DNA of 64,000 nt from Octopus sinensis (GCF_006345805.1 NC_043007.1:15128001-15192000), one strand, 5' to 3'; positions 28,201 through 43,740 are shown, counted from the stretch's first letter. Program-made: numbers and translations. Notes: generated by a model from the sequence alone, not told the origin.

Positions 28201-29362
28201 GTGTTTTTTGGTTATAAATAATCTTCTTTAACCCCCTTCGGTCATGAATGATCATGGGATTGCATCTAGAATGTTACCCTCCGAGACACAAGGTTATTTA
28301 TGGAAGACCAACAGTCGCCCATGCATACCAGCCTTTAGGTGTTTTTGCTCAATAAACAGTCACAATGCCTGGTCTGGGAATCGAAACCACGATCCTGCGA
28401 ACGCAAGTCCGCTGCTTAAACCACAGGGCCATTGCGCCTCCACTCATAAATAATACACACACCAATATTTAAGGTGCTAACCATAAAATTCAAACGAACA
28501 CGAACAGCAGCAAAACTTTATTTACAATTCAAGAGGCAGGCAAGACAAATACAAAATAACATTACTTTTTCAGGAAATTTGCAATATTTCCTCAGATCAT
28601 GCAGTTACTATGGGAGTTTTCAGCTACGACACGGAATATTTCTGGGAATAGTCTGAAATTTATCTGCAGTTGCATTGCTTGGTGCCCACCCACACCCCTC
28701 GCTAGACAAACACATGGCTATACAAATATGTTTGCACGCGTGTGTATATATACACGCCTATGTATGTACGAGTGTATGTTTATGTACACGAGTTTATTAT
28801 AACTAGAAAATCAATATACCCCGTTATTTCTTTTGAAAACATTCTGAGGTGCTAAAACACATTATATATTATAGAAACTGTGTGAAGATTTCTCGTTAGG
28901 GGATTTTACTTTAGTTCTTTCAGTCTTATAACACATATAATGCCTTTAAAGTATTTTACTTAATATCATTTCCCCCCGCCATTTTCCTCACTTCTCTCTC
29001 AAAACATTGCTTCTTCGTATTTTAATATTTGTCTTTTTTTTGCCTTCGTCTCAAAGGGCTTCAAAAACTGGGTCTAGTATTGTATGCATTTATGATGATA
29101 AATGTATTTTATATTACTTGAAGAATATATATATATATTCTTTATATATATATATATATATATATATATGCATATGTATATATACGCACACAGTATATTT
29201 TACATTACATAAAGGTTTTATGTACATATGTGTGTGTGTGTGTGTGTGTATACGTTCGCATATCCTCACACTCATATGTATGTATGTATGTTTGTATGTA
29301 TGTATATATGTATGTGTGTGTGTGTGTGCATGTATGTATGTATGTATGTATGTATGTATGTA

Positions 29363-29419
<57 letters not shown>

Positions 29420-31111
29420 ATGTATGTATGTATGTATGTATGTATGTATGTATGTATGTATAAATGAATCTATTTATTCTGGATAAAGTATTCAGTCGGA
29501 AGACCCAAAAGGTGAAACTAAAGTCAGCGAATACTTTATTCGGACCGAATCGATATTTTTTTGTATTATTCAACAAACCAACAGACAGCACTGAGTTTGT
29601 TTGTAGCTAAACACAATGACAGTTATATGTACACACACACACACACACACACACATACACACACACACATACATATTACATAAATACATATACACACACA
29701 CATGATTGTGTATTTGTGTCTATATGTATTTGTTAGAAATGCATCGAATCTGCTATATGTTTATTCATATGTAAGGCAAACTGATTTCATATTCCGAACT
29801 ATGGCTTCGCCGAATCAGCGTTTCAGTCGCCATTGCTCCTTAGGTTATTGAGAAGATATGATTCTAATTGCAATTAATGGTTTCAATATCAACTGTCATT
29901 TCTCATGTGTTAAAAATGTCAGCAATTATATTCCCCTAAATGAAGTTGGACATATGTCGGTAGGTAGAGAAATTAATCCACGTTCTATAGAATGGTTTGA
30001 ACAGAAGGACAAACAAAATCGAATTTCTCTCTAGACAACAGTGATTTTATTCTGATCTAATCCTAAATGCCGGAAACTTATCTGACGCTGTTCGCATAAT
30101 GCATGTGGCCTAGATTTTAGGTCTAGATATCCAAATAAACTTCGACAGCGACTGCAGGGATATTACTGCAGCATGCAATGACTTAGTCTAGCCAATTACG
30201 ACTTGCAATACACTTCACTATTGAAATTATATATCGGCTTTCAGCACTCTTTGCATTGTGATTCTTTTAAGATTGCTGACATGTTGCTTTCCGTCGATCC
30301 AGCTCATTTTTATATTGATCTTCATGAAAAGTTGGTGGAAAGTGTGGCGGTTCGGGAAATGATTTCTGCTTAAGGAATAGAAATATTTTGAAGAATATTT
30401 ATTTCTGTGTTAATATTGTTTATTAGGTTATAAACATAATATTTCTCTTCTTCGTATATTCAGGAAGGTTGCCAGTTGTTGGACGGTAATAGATTCCGCT
30501 GTCAAAGGTTACTTCATCAGGAGATGTGTTAGTTAGTTAGTTAGGTAGTTAATTTGGCTCAAAAGCAAATAGCAAGGCCATGTAGGGGGACATGGAGTTA
30601 AGTACAGGGTGGTGTTCATGTAAAGAGTTCAGGCCACTTGAGGTCCAGGGAGGCTTTGAACAAAGCGGTCGTCGGCATCTTCACCATCTCGTCTGGCAGC
30701 TTGTTCCACGGATCCGCAACCCGGACGGAGAAAGCTCCTCTCCTTCGATTGAGATGAAATCGTCGCAGGTAGAGCTTTTCGGAATGACCCCGCAGCCGAC
30801 GCTCTGGAGCAGGAGTGAAGATAATATACTTACCCTCGTCCTGACTTTTATTGCTACATGTCTGATGATATTCTGTGAGTCAATAGACTCTTTACTCTTT
30901 TTACTCTTTTACTTGTTTCAGTCATTTGACTGCGGCCATGCTGGAGCACCGCCTTTTTTTTTAGTCGAGCAAATCGACCCCCCAGGACTTATTCTTTGTA
31001 AGCCCAGTACTTATTCTATCGGTCTCTTTTGCCGAACCGCTAGGTGACGGGGACGTAACACACCAGCATCGGTTGTCAAGCAATGCTAGGGGGACAAACA
31101 CAGACACACAA

Positions 31112-31154
<43 letters not shown>

Positions 31155-34100
31155 ATATATATACGACAGGCTTCTTTCAGTTTCCGTCTACCACATCCAC
31201 TCACAAGGCATTGGTCGACCCGGGGCTATAGCAGAAGACACTTGCCCATGATGCCACGCAGTGGGACTGAACCCGGAACCATGTGGTTGGTTAGCAAGCT
31301 ACTTACCACACAGCCACTCCTGTGCCTATAGCCACTCCTGCGCCTATTCTGGATTATATAAAGTTAGCAGGAATATAAAAGCTACGGACCCAAATATAGA
31401 CGTTATGCATTGCAATCTTCATTATAGTTTGAATAATCTTGATTCAGACAAAAGTTAGGTCTGCCATGAGTTATAGTGCACGTTCGGATGACCTCTACTC
31501 AACCCCTCGACGTCTAGACTTCTCCCTCTATATCTACGTATTGGTCTAGCCTACTTCATCGTCTGGGGTCGTCGACACAACATGAGTACTGTAGGTAATG
31601 AAACTACACGGAACTTAGATAACCGTTCTGTATCTTATGTATCATATAAAGATCACATCTAAGTCTCTCATGAATTGAGTTCATGTGTTGAAAATTACGA
31701 TAACCATACATACACACACAGACACATACAGACACAGACATAGACATACAGACACACAGATACACACACAGACACACACACGTACACACACATATATAAT
31801 TACGTGTATGCATGCGTACATTATGTGAAAAACATGCATACAAATGCGCATACAGACACATAAGCATACACAGAAACAAAAGCACAGTCACACACACGCA
31901 CACGCACACACACATAACACACACATATAAGATCAGCAAAATTTAGATTTAGATGAATAGGGTACTTAAGTTAAAGGCACCAGAATTTGGTATGGTGTTA
32001 TCCATATAAATCAAAGGGTGATTATATATATATATATATATATATATACTATATATAGAATATATATATAAGATATATATATATATTATATATATATATA
32101 TGTATATATATATATGGTGTATATATGTGTGCATGCTCACACCTGCGTGTACATTTATATATAAAACATATACAGGTACACCTGAAGTGTACAGTGTTGG
32201 AAAAAAAATATATGTTCAGTTAATGAGTTCAGTACTGAAATTTCTAGAATTCGTATACATTCCTTTCTTATAAAAGACAGATTGCACATTAAACTGCAGT
32301 AGTCTCATACAAAAATATATCTGCAATAAATCCACTTTTCAACCGAACACGTTTAATATATTCAAGCAGAATCTACCTTTTACTAAAATAGCAAATCAAG
32401 AATAAATCAGACAGTAATCAATATCGAATATACTAATATAAGAAACAGCCAGGATAATAAAACAATTTTAGTAGGAAAATAACGACTGCTAGACACATAC
32501 TGCGAACTCTGAATAAGTTTTGTACCGTCCAGAAAATATGTTATTGAGACAAGGAGCGCTTTAGCTATAATAAAGGTGAAAATTTAGTAAAAAGTGTAAT
32601 TGCGATTAAAAAGTATGCCATGGGATAGAGAGCGTGCTTTTTCACAATCACCCCATCTTACTAGAAATAGCAACCAAATTTCTTTCAGGTTATAACCTGT
32701 CGCGTAAGACAGTAGGTCAGATAGGATTATGTGGAGTGCAGCACACTATAAATGAAGAAAGAATGGATGGTTATGGTTAGATTAAAGGTGTGCAAAATCA
32801 GAGAGGATATAGTGTTAAGCAATACCACCAGCACCACCAAGAGCATAATGATGAGTCATTGTGTTGGCCTCTGTGTGAACCACGCAATCTACTTGAAATA
32901 GAAGCCAAATATCCCTCAAAACATGTATTAACTTAACTTCTCTGAAAAGAAAGAGACAGAGGTTATGTAAGCTCTGAAAAACTATCTGAAAAGATGGATG
33001 GTATTTGTAACAATGTCTTTGATCATAAGACTGCTCGAAGGAGGTTCTCCTTGGGAGAAATGACGTTACGATAACCACCACCACTACCAGCAGCAGCACT
33101 ATGACCCCCCCCCCTACCATCAACAACAACATGACAATCAAAGTCCAGCAAGAGAGCCTCTATGTACTTTCTCATTTCTTTTATTGTAGAGTCTGCAAGA
33201 ATGACCAGTGCCCTTGGCCTTTTTGCAGGTCTTCTCTGACCAGAGACTTTGATAACATTAATGTTCCTCTTGATCCTTTGTACGTTAACGCCAGCGGGAA
33301 AGGCACATGCAGGGAGTGCTGAAAACTACCCAGCATGAAAACTACGCAGCATGAAAAATGCGCAGTATGAAAACTGCGCAGCACGAAAACTACGCAGCAC
33401 GAAAACTACGCATCATGAAAATTACGCAGCATGAAAATTGCGCAGTATGAAAACTGCGCAGCATGAAAACTACGCAGCATGAAAACTGCGCAGTATGAAA
33501 ACTACCCAGCATGAAAACTACGCAGCATGAAAATTGCGCAGTATGAAAACTGCGCAGCATGAAAACTACGCAGCATGAAAACTACGCAGCAAGAAAACTA
33601 CGCAGCATGAAAATTGCGCAGCATGAAAACTACGCAGCAGGAAAAATACGCAGCATGAAAACTACGCAGGATGTAAAGCACTGCAATGCAGGTGCTAATA
33701 TATATGGGGAAGTCAGCCTCCCATTGAAATAGTAAACAGTGTAGTTAAAACACAGGTTCTCTTTAAGGGACAACAATTTCGGCCTTTGTTAATATCTCAA
33801 AATAAAAATCTGACAAATTGTGCGTATCCTATAAATACTATCAGATATTATTCCCTTTGTGGACTACAAAGAGTAACTGATCTCTGATGGAGTTTTAACC
33901 CACTGAAATTAATCAAAACAATACTTTTCTGGCAATAGAAAAGAAATCCCCTGGTGTCTACTTTTTGAAAGAGGCTGAATATTTACTATACATTTCGTGT
34001 AGTTTCTATCGGTCATCGGTGATTCCATTAATTAATTAAATCATAATGCTAACGCTAAAGTTGTTCCACAGGCGTAAGAGTGTGGCTGTGTGGTAAGTAG

Positions 34101-34234
34101 CTTGCTTACCAACGACATGGTTCCGGGTTCAGTCCCACTACGTGCACCTTGAGCAAGTGTCTTCTACTATAGCCTCGGGCCAACCAAAGCCTTGTGAGTG
34201 AATTTGGTAGACAGAAACTGAAAGAAGCCAGTAG

Positions 34235-34297
<63 letters not shown>

Positions 34298-35990
34298 GTG
34301 TGTGTCTCTGTTTGTGTGTCTGTGTTTGTCCCCCAAACATCACTTGACAACTGATGCTGGTGTGTTTGCGTCCCCGTAAATTAGCGTTTCGGCAAAGGAA
34401 ACCGATAGAATAAGTACTAGGCTTACAAAGAATAAGTCCTAGGGTCGATTTGCTCGACTAAAGGCGGTGCTCCAGCATGGCCACAGTCAAATGACTGAAA
34501 CAAGTAAAAGAGTAGAAGAGCAAAAGAGAGATTTGAAGAAGAAAAAACAAAACAAACAATGTTTTCTTGGTGTTAAGTAACAGCAGTAACGTAACACTCC
34601 ACAAAAGCGTAAACCTTCCTCTATGAGTAAGTAATACGGCTTGGACAGCTACTGGACAAGAACGATTGAAGCATTTCTGATGAGGTGTTAACAAATACTG
34701 AAACCAGCGATATCGAACTCTATTGGTCAGATACAGAAAAGCCCGGGGTTTTCTGTATCTGACCAATAGAGTTCGATATCGCTGGTTTCAGTATTTGTTA
34801 ACACCTCATCAGAAATGCTTCAATCGTTGTCTCACCTTTTTAACAGTTAAGCTAAATAGGTATTTACTAAAAACACACGCCCGTGAGTTTACATTCTTAT
34901 TTATCCTGTTGTGCTTCTTTGAATTAATCAGGACATCTATAAAGTAATTACACCTATACACATATTTGCGTTGGCATATACATACGTGTGTATAAACAAT
35001 ATTGTATAGACATACGTATAAATGAAATTACATGCATAAATATACCCCCCACCATATGTATATGGGTGTGTGTGTGTGTATATGTGTGGGTGTCTGGGGG
35101 AAGAGCCTTACACGTGTAAGCGTGTGTTTACGTGTGTGTGTGTGTGTGTATGCGTGTGTATGCAATTGACTTTGTAAGCTATATCATTTTGGCGAATGTG
35201 GAATGAAACTAAATAGTAAATATGCATCTATATTTTGTGAAAAGACACACACACACACACACACGCACACACACACACGCACACACACATACACACACAT
35301 ACACACACACATACATACGTAGACACAAAAACACACACACATACATACACACACATACACACACATACACACACACACATGCACACACATACACACACAC
35401 AGACACACAGACACACACTCACACGTATACACACACACGCACACATACATAAGCACACACACAAACACACAGACACACACTCACACATATACACACACAC
35501 GCACACACACAAACAACACACACACACACACACAAACACTCACGGGCGCGCGTACTCTCACATACACACGCATACACACACACACACACATACATAATAT
35601 TACACAGGGTATCATTGCAAACACCCACATATCAAAAGGCATTAATTTTACTGTCGTTCAGCCGACCGATTCCTATTCTTCACATCAATCTAAGTTTATA
35701 CAGTCATCTCTCCTAAATGAGATATAATTGCCTATCGTCTTATATTAAACTCTTAACCTCCCGAACGTGCTTCTTTGAAATTCACGAAAAAGTCATCAAT
35801 TCGCCTCTGTGTAAGAAAGACAGTAAGATACGTGCCTATATCTCCCTCTCATGATCGACTTTTTGTTTTATTTTCTTCTGTTTTAATACTTTGGTCATTA
35901 TTAATGTTTACCTTGGAATACTGTAAGGTAGCCTGTAGTATGTATGTATGTATATATGTATGTATGTATGTACGTACGTATGTATGTATG

Positions 35991-36024
<34 letters not shown>

Positions 36025-36173
36025 TGTATGTATGTATGTATGCATGTATGTGTGCATGTATGTATGTATGTGTATGTGTGTATGTGTGTATGTATGTGTG
36101 TGTATATATGTATATATGTGTGTGCGTGTGCATATCTATATGTGAATATATATATATGTGTATATATATATAA

Positions 36174-36208
<35 letters not shown>

Positions 36209-36210
36209 CC

Positions 36211-36301
<91 letters not shown>

Positions 36302-36435
36302 CTCTATCTATCTATATAAACCAAGGCAGTAAATCTATATATATTTGCAAACAAAAATTATATATCTTGGCATTGAGTCATCCAAGGTTCGTACCACAAA
36401 GCCGCCATATATATATTCTCATTGCACTTCCTTTG

Positions 36436-36477
<42 letters not shown>

Positions 36478-36490
36478 ATCAATAATATAT

Positions 36491-36523
<33 letters not shown>

Positions 36524-37048
36524 GTATAAGGAAGCGTGGGCAGTTTATTTAAAAAAACCGCTACGGTTGCAGTATACATCATGCTTCCTGATGAATTCCT
36601 TTGCTTGTAGAGTAACGGACTTCATCCTATATTGCTTAGTAGTAAACTCGATGCTTGCTACAGGAGGACTGGTAACCATTACAATTTGTAGCGGCGAAAG
36701 GTCTGGACGTTGTTTTCTGAGCCTGACCAAGATTTTATTATTTTTAGATATAAGTGATGTACTCAAGTGTAGTTAGTTTTTAAGCTTGTGCTTTTTCCAT
36801 ATCATACGTGAGTATTTTATTTATATCCCATCGAAAGTTCTACTGAAGAAGGAATATATTCTTTTTTTATAAGATTAGTTCCGAATTGATTCATATAGAG
36901 ATAACGAAATTTAAATTTTCTAAAGGTTAGTTGCCCGTTTTCAGTTTCAATTTCCCTGTAACAAGCGGATTATAAGTGGATAAACCAGTGTATTTGGCTT
37001 TAGAATAACCCTCTTTAGCCCTTAATTATATGATATATATATTTATAT

Positions 37049-37090
<42 letters not shown>

Positions 37091-38262
37091 TATGAGAGTG
37101 TGCGGCGAAAGAAGAATCAGTTGCACATTGCATAATATATTTAGCGGCATTTCTTCAGGCGCCTTATGTTCTAAGTTCAAATCTCACCGACAACAACTTA
37201 ACCATTACCTATTCGGGGGCCAATGAAATAAGGTACCAGTGAAGTTCAAGTGTGGATATAATAGACTTGACTCTGTTCTTAAATTTGCAAGCCATGAACC
37301 GTGCATTGACTGGCCTTCCGTTCAGGGAGAAAATATTGGTGATCTCGGTGACTCATACTCCATGGAAACCAGGTAGTCAGCTTAATTATTTTCGGGTTGA
37401 AAACTTAAAGGATAAAAAGGGCAGGTACGGTGGGTTTGATTTCAAATACAATTTAGAATGTAGTTGCGTCTGTTTTATATTTTCTCGTCCCTTAAAGAGT
37501 CTACGATGTAGATAACAAGTACTTACTGGTAGGTTCGATGCTGAAAATCGTTTCTGTTCTTGCCGCTGTGAATTATGCACGCACCCACGCATGCACACAC
37601 CACACACACAACACCACCACACACACACAACACACACACACACCACACAACACACACCACAACACAACACACACAAACAATATGAGTATGTTTTTTTATG
37701 CGCGATTGTGTGGTAAGTAGCTTGCTTACGAACCATGGTTCCGGGTTCACCCCCACTGGTGGCACCTTGGGCAATGTCTTCTACTATAGCCTCGGGCCAA
37801 CCAAAGCCTTGTGAGTGGATTTGGTAGACGGAAACTGAAAGAAGACCGTCGTATATATGTAATACTATATAATATATAATACTACATATATATGTGTGTG
37901 TTTGTATGTCTGTGTTTGTCCCCCAACATCGCTTGACAACCGATGCTGGTGTATTTACGTCTCGTTACTTAGCGGTTCGGCAAAAGAGACCGATAGAATA
38001 AGTACTAGCTAGGCTTAAAAGAATAAGTTCTGGGGGTCGATTTCCTCGACTAAAGGCGGTGCTCCAGCATGGCCGCAGTCAAATGACTGAAACAAGTAAA
38101 CGAGTTAAAGAGTATGCATAAGTGGTTAAACTGCTCTTATTGTAACGTAGCAGAATCGCTTTCAGTCTCATTGCCTTTTGAAAATGTTTGCTATTATCGC
38201 CCTGGGCCAACCAATGCCTGGTTAGATAATTTGGTAGACAGAAAATGTATGGAAGCCCGTCT

Positions 38263-38294
<32 letters not shown>

Positions 38295-40361
38295 TGTTGT
38301 ATTATGTATGTATGTATTATTATAGATATATATATAATATATATATAGATAAAAAAGGAAAAAATTAAAATACTATTAATGGAATAAATGACAATATACA
38401 ATTCACGATGGACCACAACGAAAAAGAATTACCATGTTTAGACATCCTCATTAAGAAAACCGGCAACAAAATAGAGACAGATCTACTATAAACCGACAGA
38501 CTCTAAACAGTACTACCCTTGATTCATGCCACCCCCACGACACACTAGAATGAATGTCCCTTTTTGTTTAGCTAGAAGGATTTGCACCATAATATCAGAC
38601 ACAAACACCCGACACACACGTCTCCAGGAACTTAGAACCACACTCACAAATAGAAACTATCCACAGCCCCTAATAGACAGTGCAATCCAACGGGTACTTA
38701 ATTAAGTATAGAAGACCTGAGACAAACAAAACCAAAAAAGAAAGAACAATTAAAAACCCTTCCCTACATCTCAACACACAACCCACTCAACAATGAGGCC
38801 TTCAACACCATACTACAAAGCACAGCCCTACTAAAGGGAGACCCAAGATGAACCGGATCCTCGAAACACCACACCATCATTAAAAGTAAACGGCAACAAA
38901 TCCTTGAAAAGGATTTTAAACCAAGCTACACTGCACTCAACATCAACCACAAAACCAGCAGTTAGAAAATGTGGAAGGCTCACTGCGGAATCTGTGTCAT
39001 CTTGAAAGAAGGATCAGAATTTATACTGAACAAGGCCACCAGTTCACCATTAGAACAAACTTCACCTGCGCATCAGAAAACTTAATTTACGTCAAACATG
39101 CGCAGGCTGCAATAGGCAGTATATAGGCCATACAAAAAATAGCTTACGTAACAGGATGGCGGTGCATAAATCACAAATTAGAAACCCTGATTACCGCAAA
39201 ATACCGTCAGCGGACACATAGATAGATGTGCTGGAAATGTAAATCCGAAATTTACAACTAACCCGCTCTATAAATTCAGTGACAACGCCACCTTCCACAC
39301 ACGCCAAAATAAAGAACTATATTTCATAAAAAAATTTAGACCAAGTTTAAACACCCTGAGCCAGGAATACTAAAACAAAAGATAAGTCCTCCGAAAAGGA
39401 GAAGCAAAATTCCACCACGGCCGCTACCTTAAACAGACACTCGCTCTGACGGAAATATGCCTTAGTAAAAAAAAGGGAAAACAATTCTTTCGTGCAAATC
39501 TGACCCTGATACATACGATACAGCTAAGGGTCAGACCCGATTCTGATTGGTCAACAAGTTGATGACGTCTAGTTCTGCTAGAATGGACAGGATACAAACA
39601 GGGGACAGTCATTAGTCAGAATATTGATGACCTCCTTTTCTGCTTGACTAGTCACCTAACAAGTACAGACAGGGGGCAGATCTAATGTAGCTATAAGTCG
39701 TGATTGGGCAGAATCTGGATGACGTCCCGTTCTGCTTGACTAACGAAGCGACTGGTCAAAACAGGAAACAGACAAGAGGCAGTTATAATGCAGCGATTGG
39801 TCAAAATGATGATGACGTTCCGTTCTGCTTGACTAAAGCCACCTAACGAAACGATTGGTCAAAACATTGATGACGTCACGCTACGCTGGACTGACCACGT
39901 AACAGGCATTATAAAACCAAGCACTTCACAAGACTCACTAGAACCACCCAGCGAACACCCACCATGGGTCATCACAATTGCTTAAGGTAAAAATGAATTC
40001 CTCGCTCTTTCAGAAACATCAATCTTCTGTATTGACTGCTTTCTACCACTTTGATCTGTTTTTTGCATTGAATACGTATCGCCACCGTGGGCCACTGCAT
40101 CGAACACTTTGAACATATAGCATGAATGAACTTACTTCAAACTATATATCAACTATACATGAACTCTAAGATGTCTGACTCCGTTGTGTATTATAAATGA
40201 ATTTCTTGTGTTTGACGGCATGAGCTGTCTTTTTTTATATATATAACTTTTTTTGATAAGGTTCATTTCAGGAACTGAAACATGTTATAATGTATATATA
40301 AAAATTAAAAATTGTATAATATAGCAGCACTTTCAAACTTCATTTTTTTACACAAATATAT

Positions 40362-40395
<34 letters not shown>

Positions 40396-40609
40396 ATATA
40401 TAGATAGATAGATATAGATACATACATACATACATAGTTGGAATTTATAGAAAAATCAAAAGACGAAGACAGGCAAGCAAGTGTATTAGATTGACGCCCA
40501 GGAAAATGGAAGTCTTTTTACATTTCGAGCCGACGCACTTCGACAGAAAGGAATAGACGAGAGAATGAAAAAAACCTGTAGAGTTTAGTGGCCCAACATA
40601 GCGAATATG

Positions 40610-40645
<36 letters not shown>

Positions 40646-43231
40646 CACATATACATACATACATTCATACATACATATATACATACATATATACATACAT
40701 ACATACATACATACATACATACATACATACATACATACATACATACATACATACATACATACATGCATATATTAAATAAGAGCGCCAACAGGTTAAAGGT
40801 TCAGTAAAAATGTTTCAGACACATTTCTTTTTATAAATAATTCGACTAAATCATTAAGAAAGCGGTTTTCAATGATGTAAACAAATTATTCTTGAATAAA
40901 AATGCGTCTGAAACAGCTGTAGTGAACTTTTAACTCATTTCTCTTCTTATTTTACGTAAACACTATTCCTCGAACCTTTCTATATTAAGTCTGGAACTTA
41001 CATTGGGTCGTGAAATTGCATGCTAGTGTGCATGAGTGTATAATTTCATGTACATATAATTGTATACGTATGTGTATGTGTGCGTGTATGTACATATTTC
41101 TGTAAGTGTACGAATATGTCTCTATACGCGTGGGTAGATAGGGGTGTGTTTGCGAATAGGATATACACTAACATACCCCTATCTGTGAAGATCTCGACCC
41201 TCGTTTGGTATCCTTAATATTAAAATACTTTGATTTAAATGAACCTACAAATAACTAATTACACACACACAAGCACATATACACACAGACACACACACAC
41301 ACGCAACAAACACACAAACAAACTCACACATGCACACATGTTTGACAACTAGTGTTGGTTAGTTTTACGTTCACGTAACTTAGCAGTTCGGCAAACGATA
41401 ATGGTGGAATAAATAATAGACTTAAATAAATAAAAGTAAAAGACCTGGGCCGATTCTCTTTCTTTACTACCCACAAAGGGGCTAAACACAGAGAGGACAA
41501 ACAATGACAGACAAACAGATTAAGTCGATTATATCGACCCCAGTGCGTAACTGGTACTTATTTAATCGAGCCCGAAAGGATGAAAGGCAAAGTCGACTAC
41601 GGCGGAATTTGAACTCAGAACGTAGCGGCAGACGAAATACCGATAAGCATTTCGCCCGGCGTGCTAACGATTCTGCCAACTAAAACCTTCAAAATGGCGT
41701 CCCAGCATGGCTGCAGTCCAATGACTAACAAGTAAACGGTAAAAGATAAAAGAAATAATTGTATTCGGTACTTGTCATATTATATCGTGATTATATTTTT
41801 AAGTTACACAATACTGCACTGCATGGTTTTTGTTGTCGTTACTTCGGTGTAGTCTCTCATATCGTCGAATTAAATGCTATTCTGTTGAAAGGATAGAATG
41901 TTGCGAAATCTTACCATCTCCATCTACCTCATTAATCATGTCTTCAAGTTCCTGTTGAGACGGATTCTGTCCAAGAGATCGCATAACAGTTCCAAGTTCT
42001 TTGCAACTGATGGTGCCATCACCGTCTTTGTCAAACAATGAGAAAGCCTCTTTGAATTCTACAAAAGATAAAAAAAAAGAAGATAAATAGCAAAGCAAAA
42101 ATATAAGAGGAAAAGCGATAATGTTTCAATAGATTTAGAACAGAGGAAAACTGACTATGAAAATCAATGAAACAATTCAAGTGATTTATTTCAAATTTTA
42201 ACGCTCACGCTTCTACAGACACATACGCGTATTTATATATGCATGTAATTATTCTCCACTAGTCTTCTCTACTCTAGGTACAAGGCCCGGAAATTTTGGG
42301 GAGGGGGGGCCAGTCGATTAGATCGACCCCAGTACGAAACTAGTACTTAATCTATCGACCCAGAAAGGATGAAAGGCAAAGTCAAATTTGCGCGGAATTT
42401 GAACTCAGAACGTTCAGATAGGTGAAATACCTATTTCTTTACTACCCACAAGGAGCTAAACACAGAGAGAAGAAACAAGGACAGACAAACGGATTAAGTC
42501 GATTATATCGACCCCAGTGCGTAACTGGTACTTATCTAATCGACCCCGAAAAGATGAAAGGCAAAGTCGACCTCGGCGGAATTTGAACTCAGAACGAAGC
42601 GGCAGACGAAATACCTATTTCTTTACTACCCACAAGGGGCTAAACACAGATGGGACAAACAAGGACAGAAACGGATTAAGTCGATTATATCGACCCCAGT
42701 GCGTAACTGGTACTTAATTTATCGACCCCGAAAGGATGAAAGACAAAGTCGACCTCGGCGGAATTTGAACTCAGAACGTAGCGGCAGACAAAATAACGCA
42801 AAGCATTTCGCCCGGCGTGCTAACGTTTCTGCCAGCTCGCTGCCAGTTAACTATTTTACATTGCAGTCATGAGGCTTCGGGTTCGATCGTAGGCACACAC
42901 TGTGCCTCCCTGAACTAGTGTTTTTTGTCATAATCTGACTTCGACCCAAACTGTGTAAATGAATTGGGGTACATGATCTTTAGGTATAATTTATATGAAT
43001 AACATTTTCCTATTTGGTTCTGCCTGAGAATTTCGTTAAGAGTACACTTGCTTGTAGGATATTCAGCCAATTATTTAATGTGAATGTAGTTCCGTTGATT
43101 CAACAACCGGAATGTTCTTCGTCGAGATCGATGGTTCTTCCATTGACAAAATGCACTCATAGACCAGATATACGTACATTCATACGAACATACAAATATA
43201 TGCATGCGTTTCTATATATATATGTGCGTGC

Positions 43232-43283
<52 letters not shown>

Positions 43284-43650
43284 GTATGTGTGTGTGTGTG
43301 CACGGCTGTTCTGTAGGAAGTAAAGTCGGCAGCAGCATCAAAGAATAAAGAAGCTTAGCATTGAATAGAATAATTGCTACGGTGAACCAGTGACCGACAC
43401 ACACATACACACACATGCACACGCACACATACATACGCACACACACGTGCATGCAGGCATAATTTAAATATACGTACATGCTCACTGAGATACTGTCATA
43501 CATATATGCATACAGGCACATACAAATATTTATGTGTGTATACATATGTATACATATATATAAACCTATATATATATACATATATATATGTGGTATATAT
43601 ATATATATATATATATTATATAATATATATATACATATCTGTCTGTCTGT

Positions 43651-43696
<46 letters not shown>

Positions 43697-43707
43697 ATCT
43701 CTGTCTG

Positions 43708-43740
<33 letters not shown>

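Noticed and set aside
30592-31047. 151-aa plus-strand ORF
   Set aside because: It is the antisense of the CR1 tail fused to a SINE; the meaningful frame is on the minus strand.
31480-31680. Possible Tc1/mariner C-terminal remnant (LNP.D..VWG-like)
   Set aside because: Too decayed, with no TIRs found; not supportable.
33321-33672. Possible CRISPR array
   Set aside because: Contiguous tandem units without unique spacers, no cas genes, and eukaryotic context.
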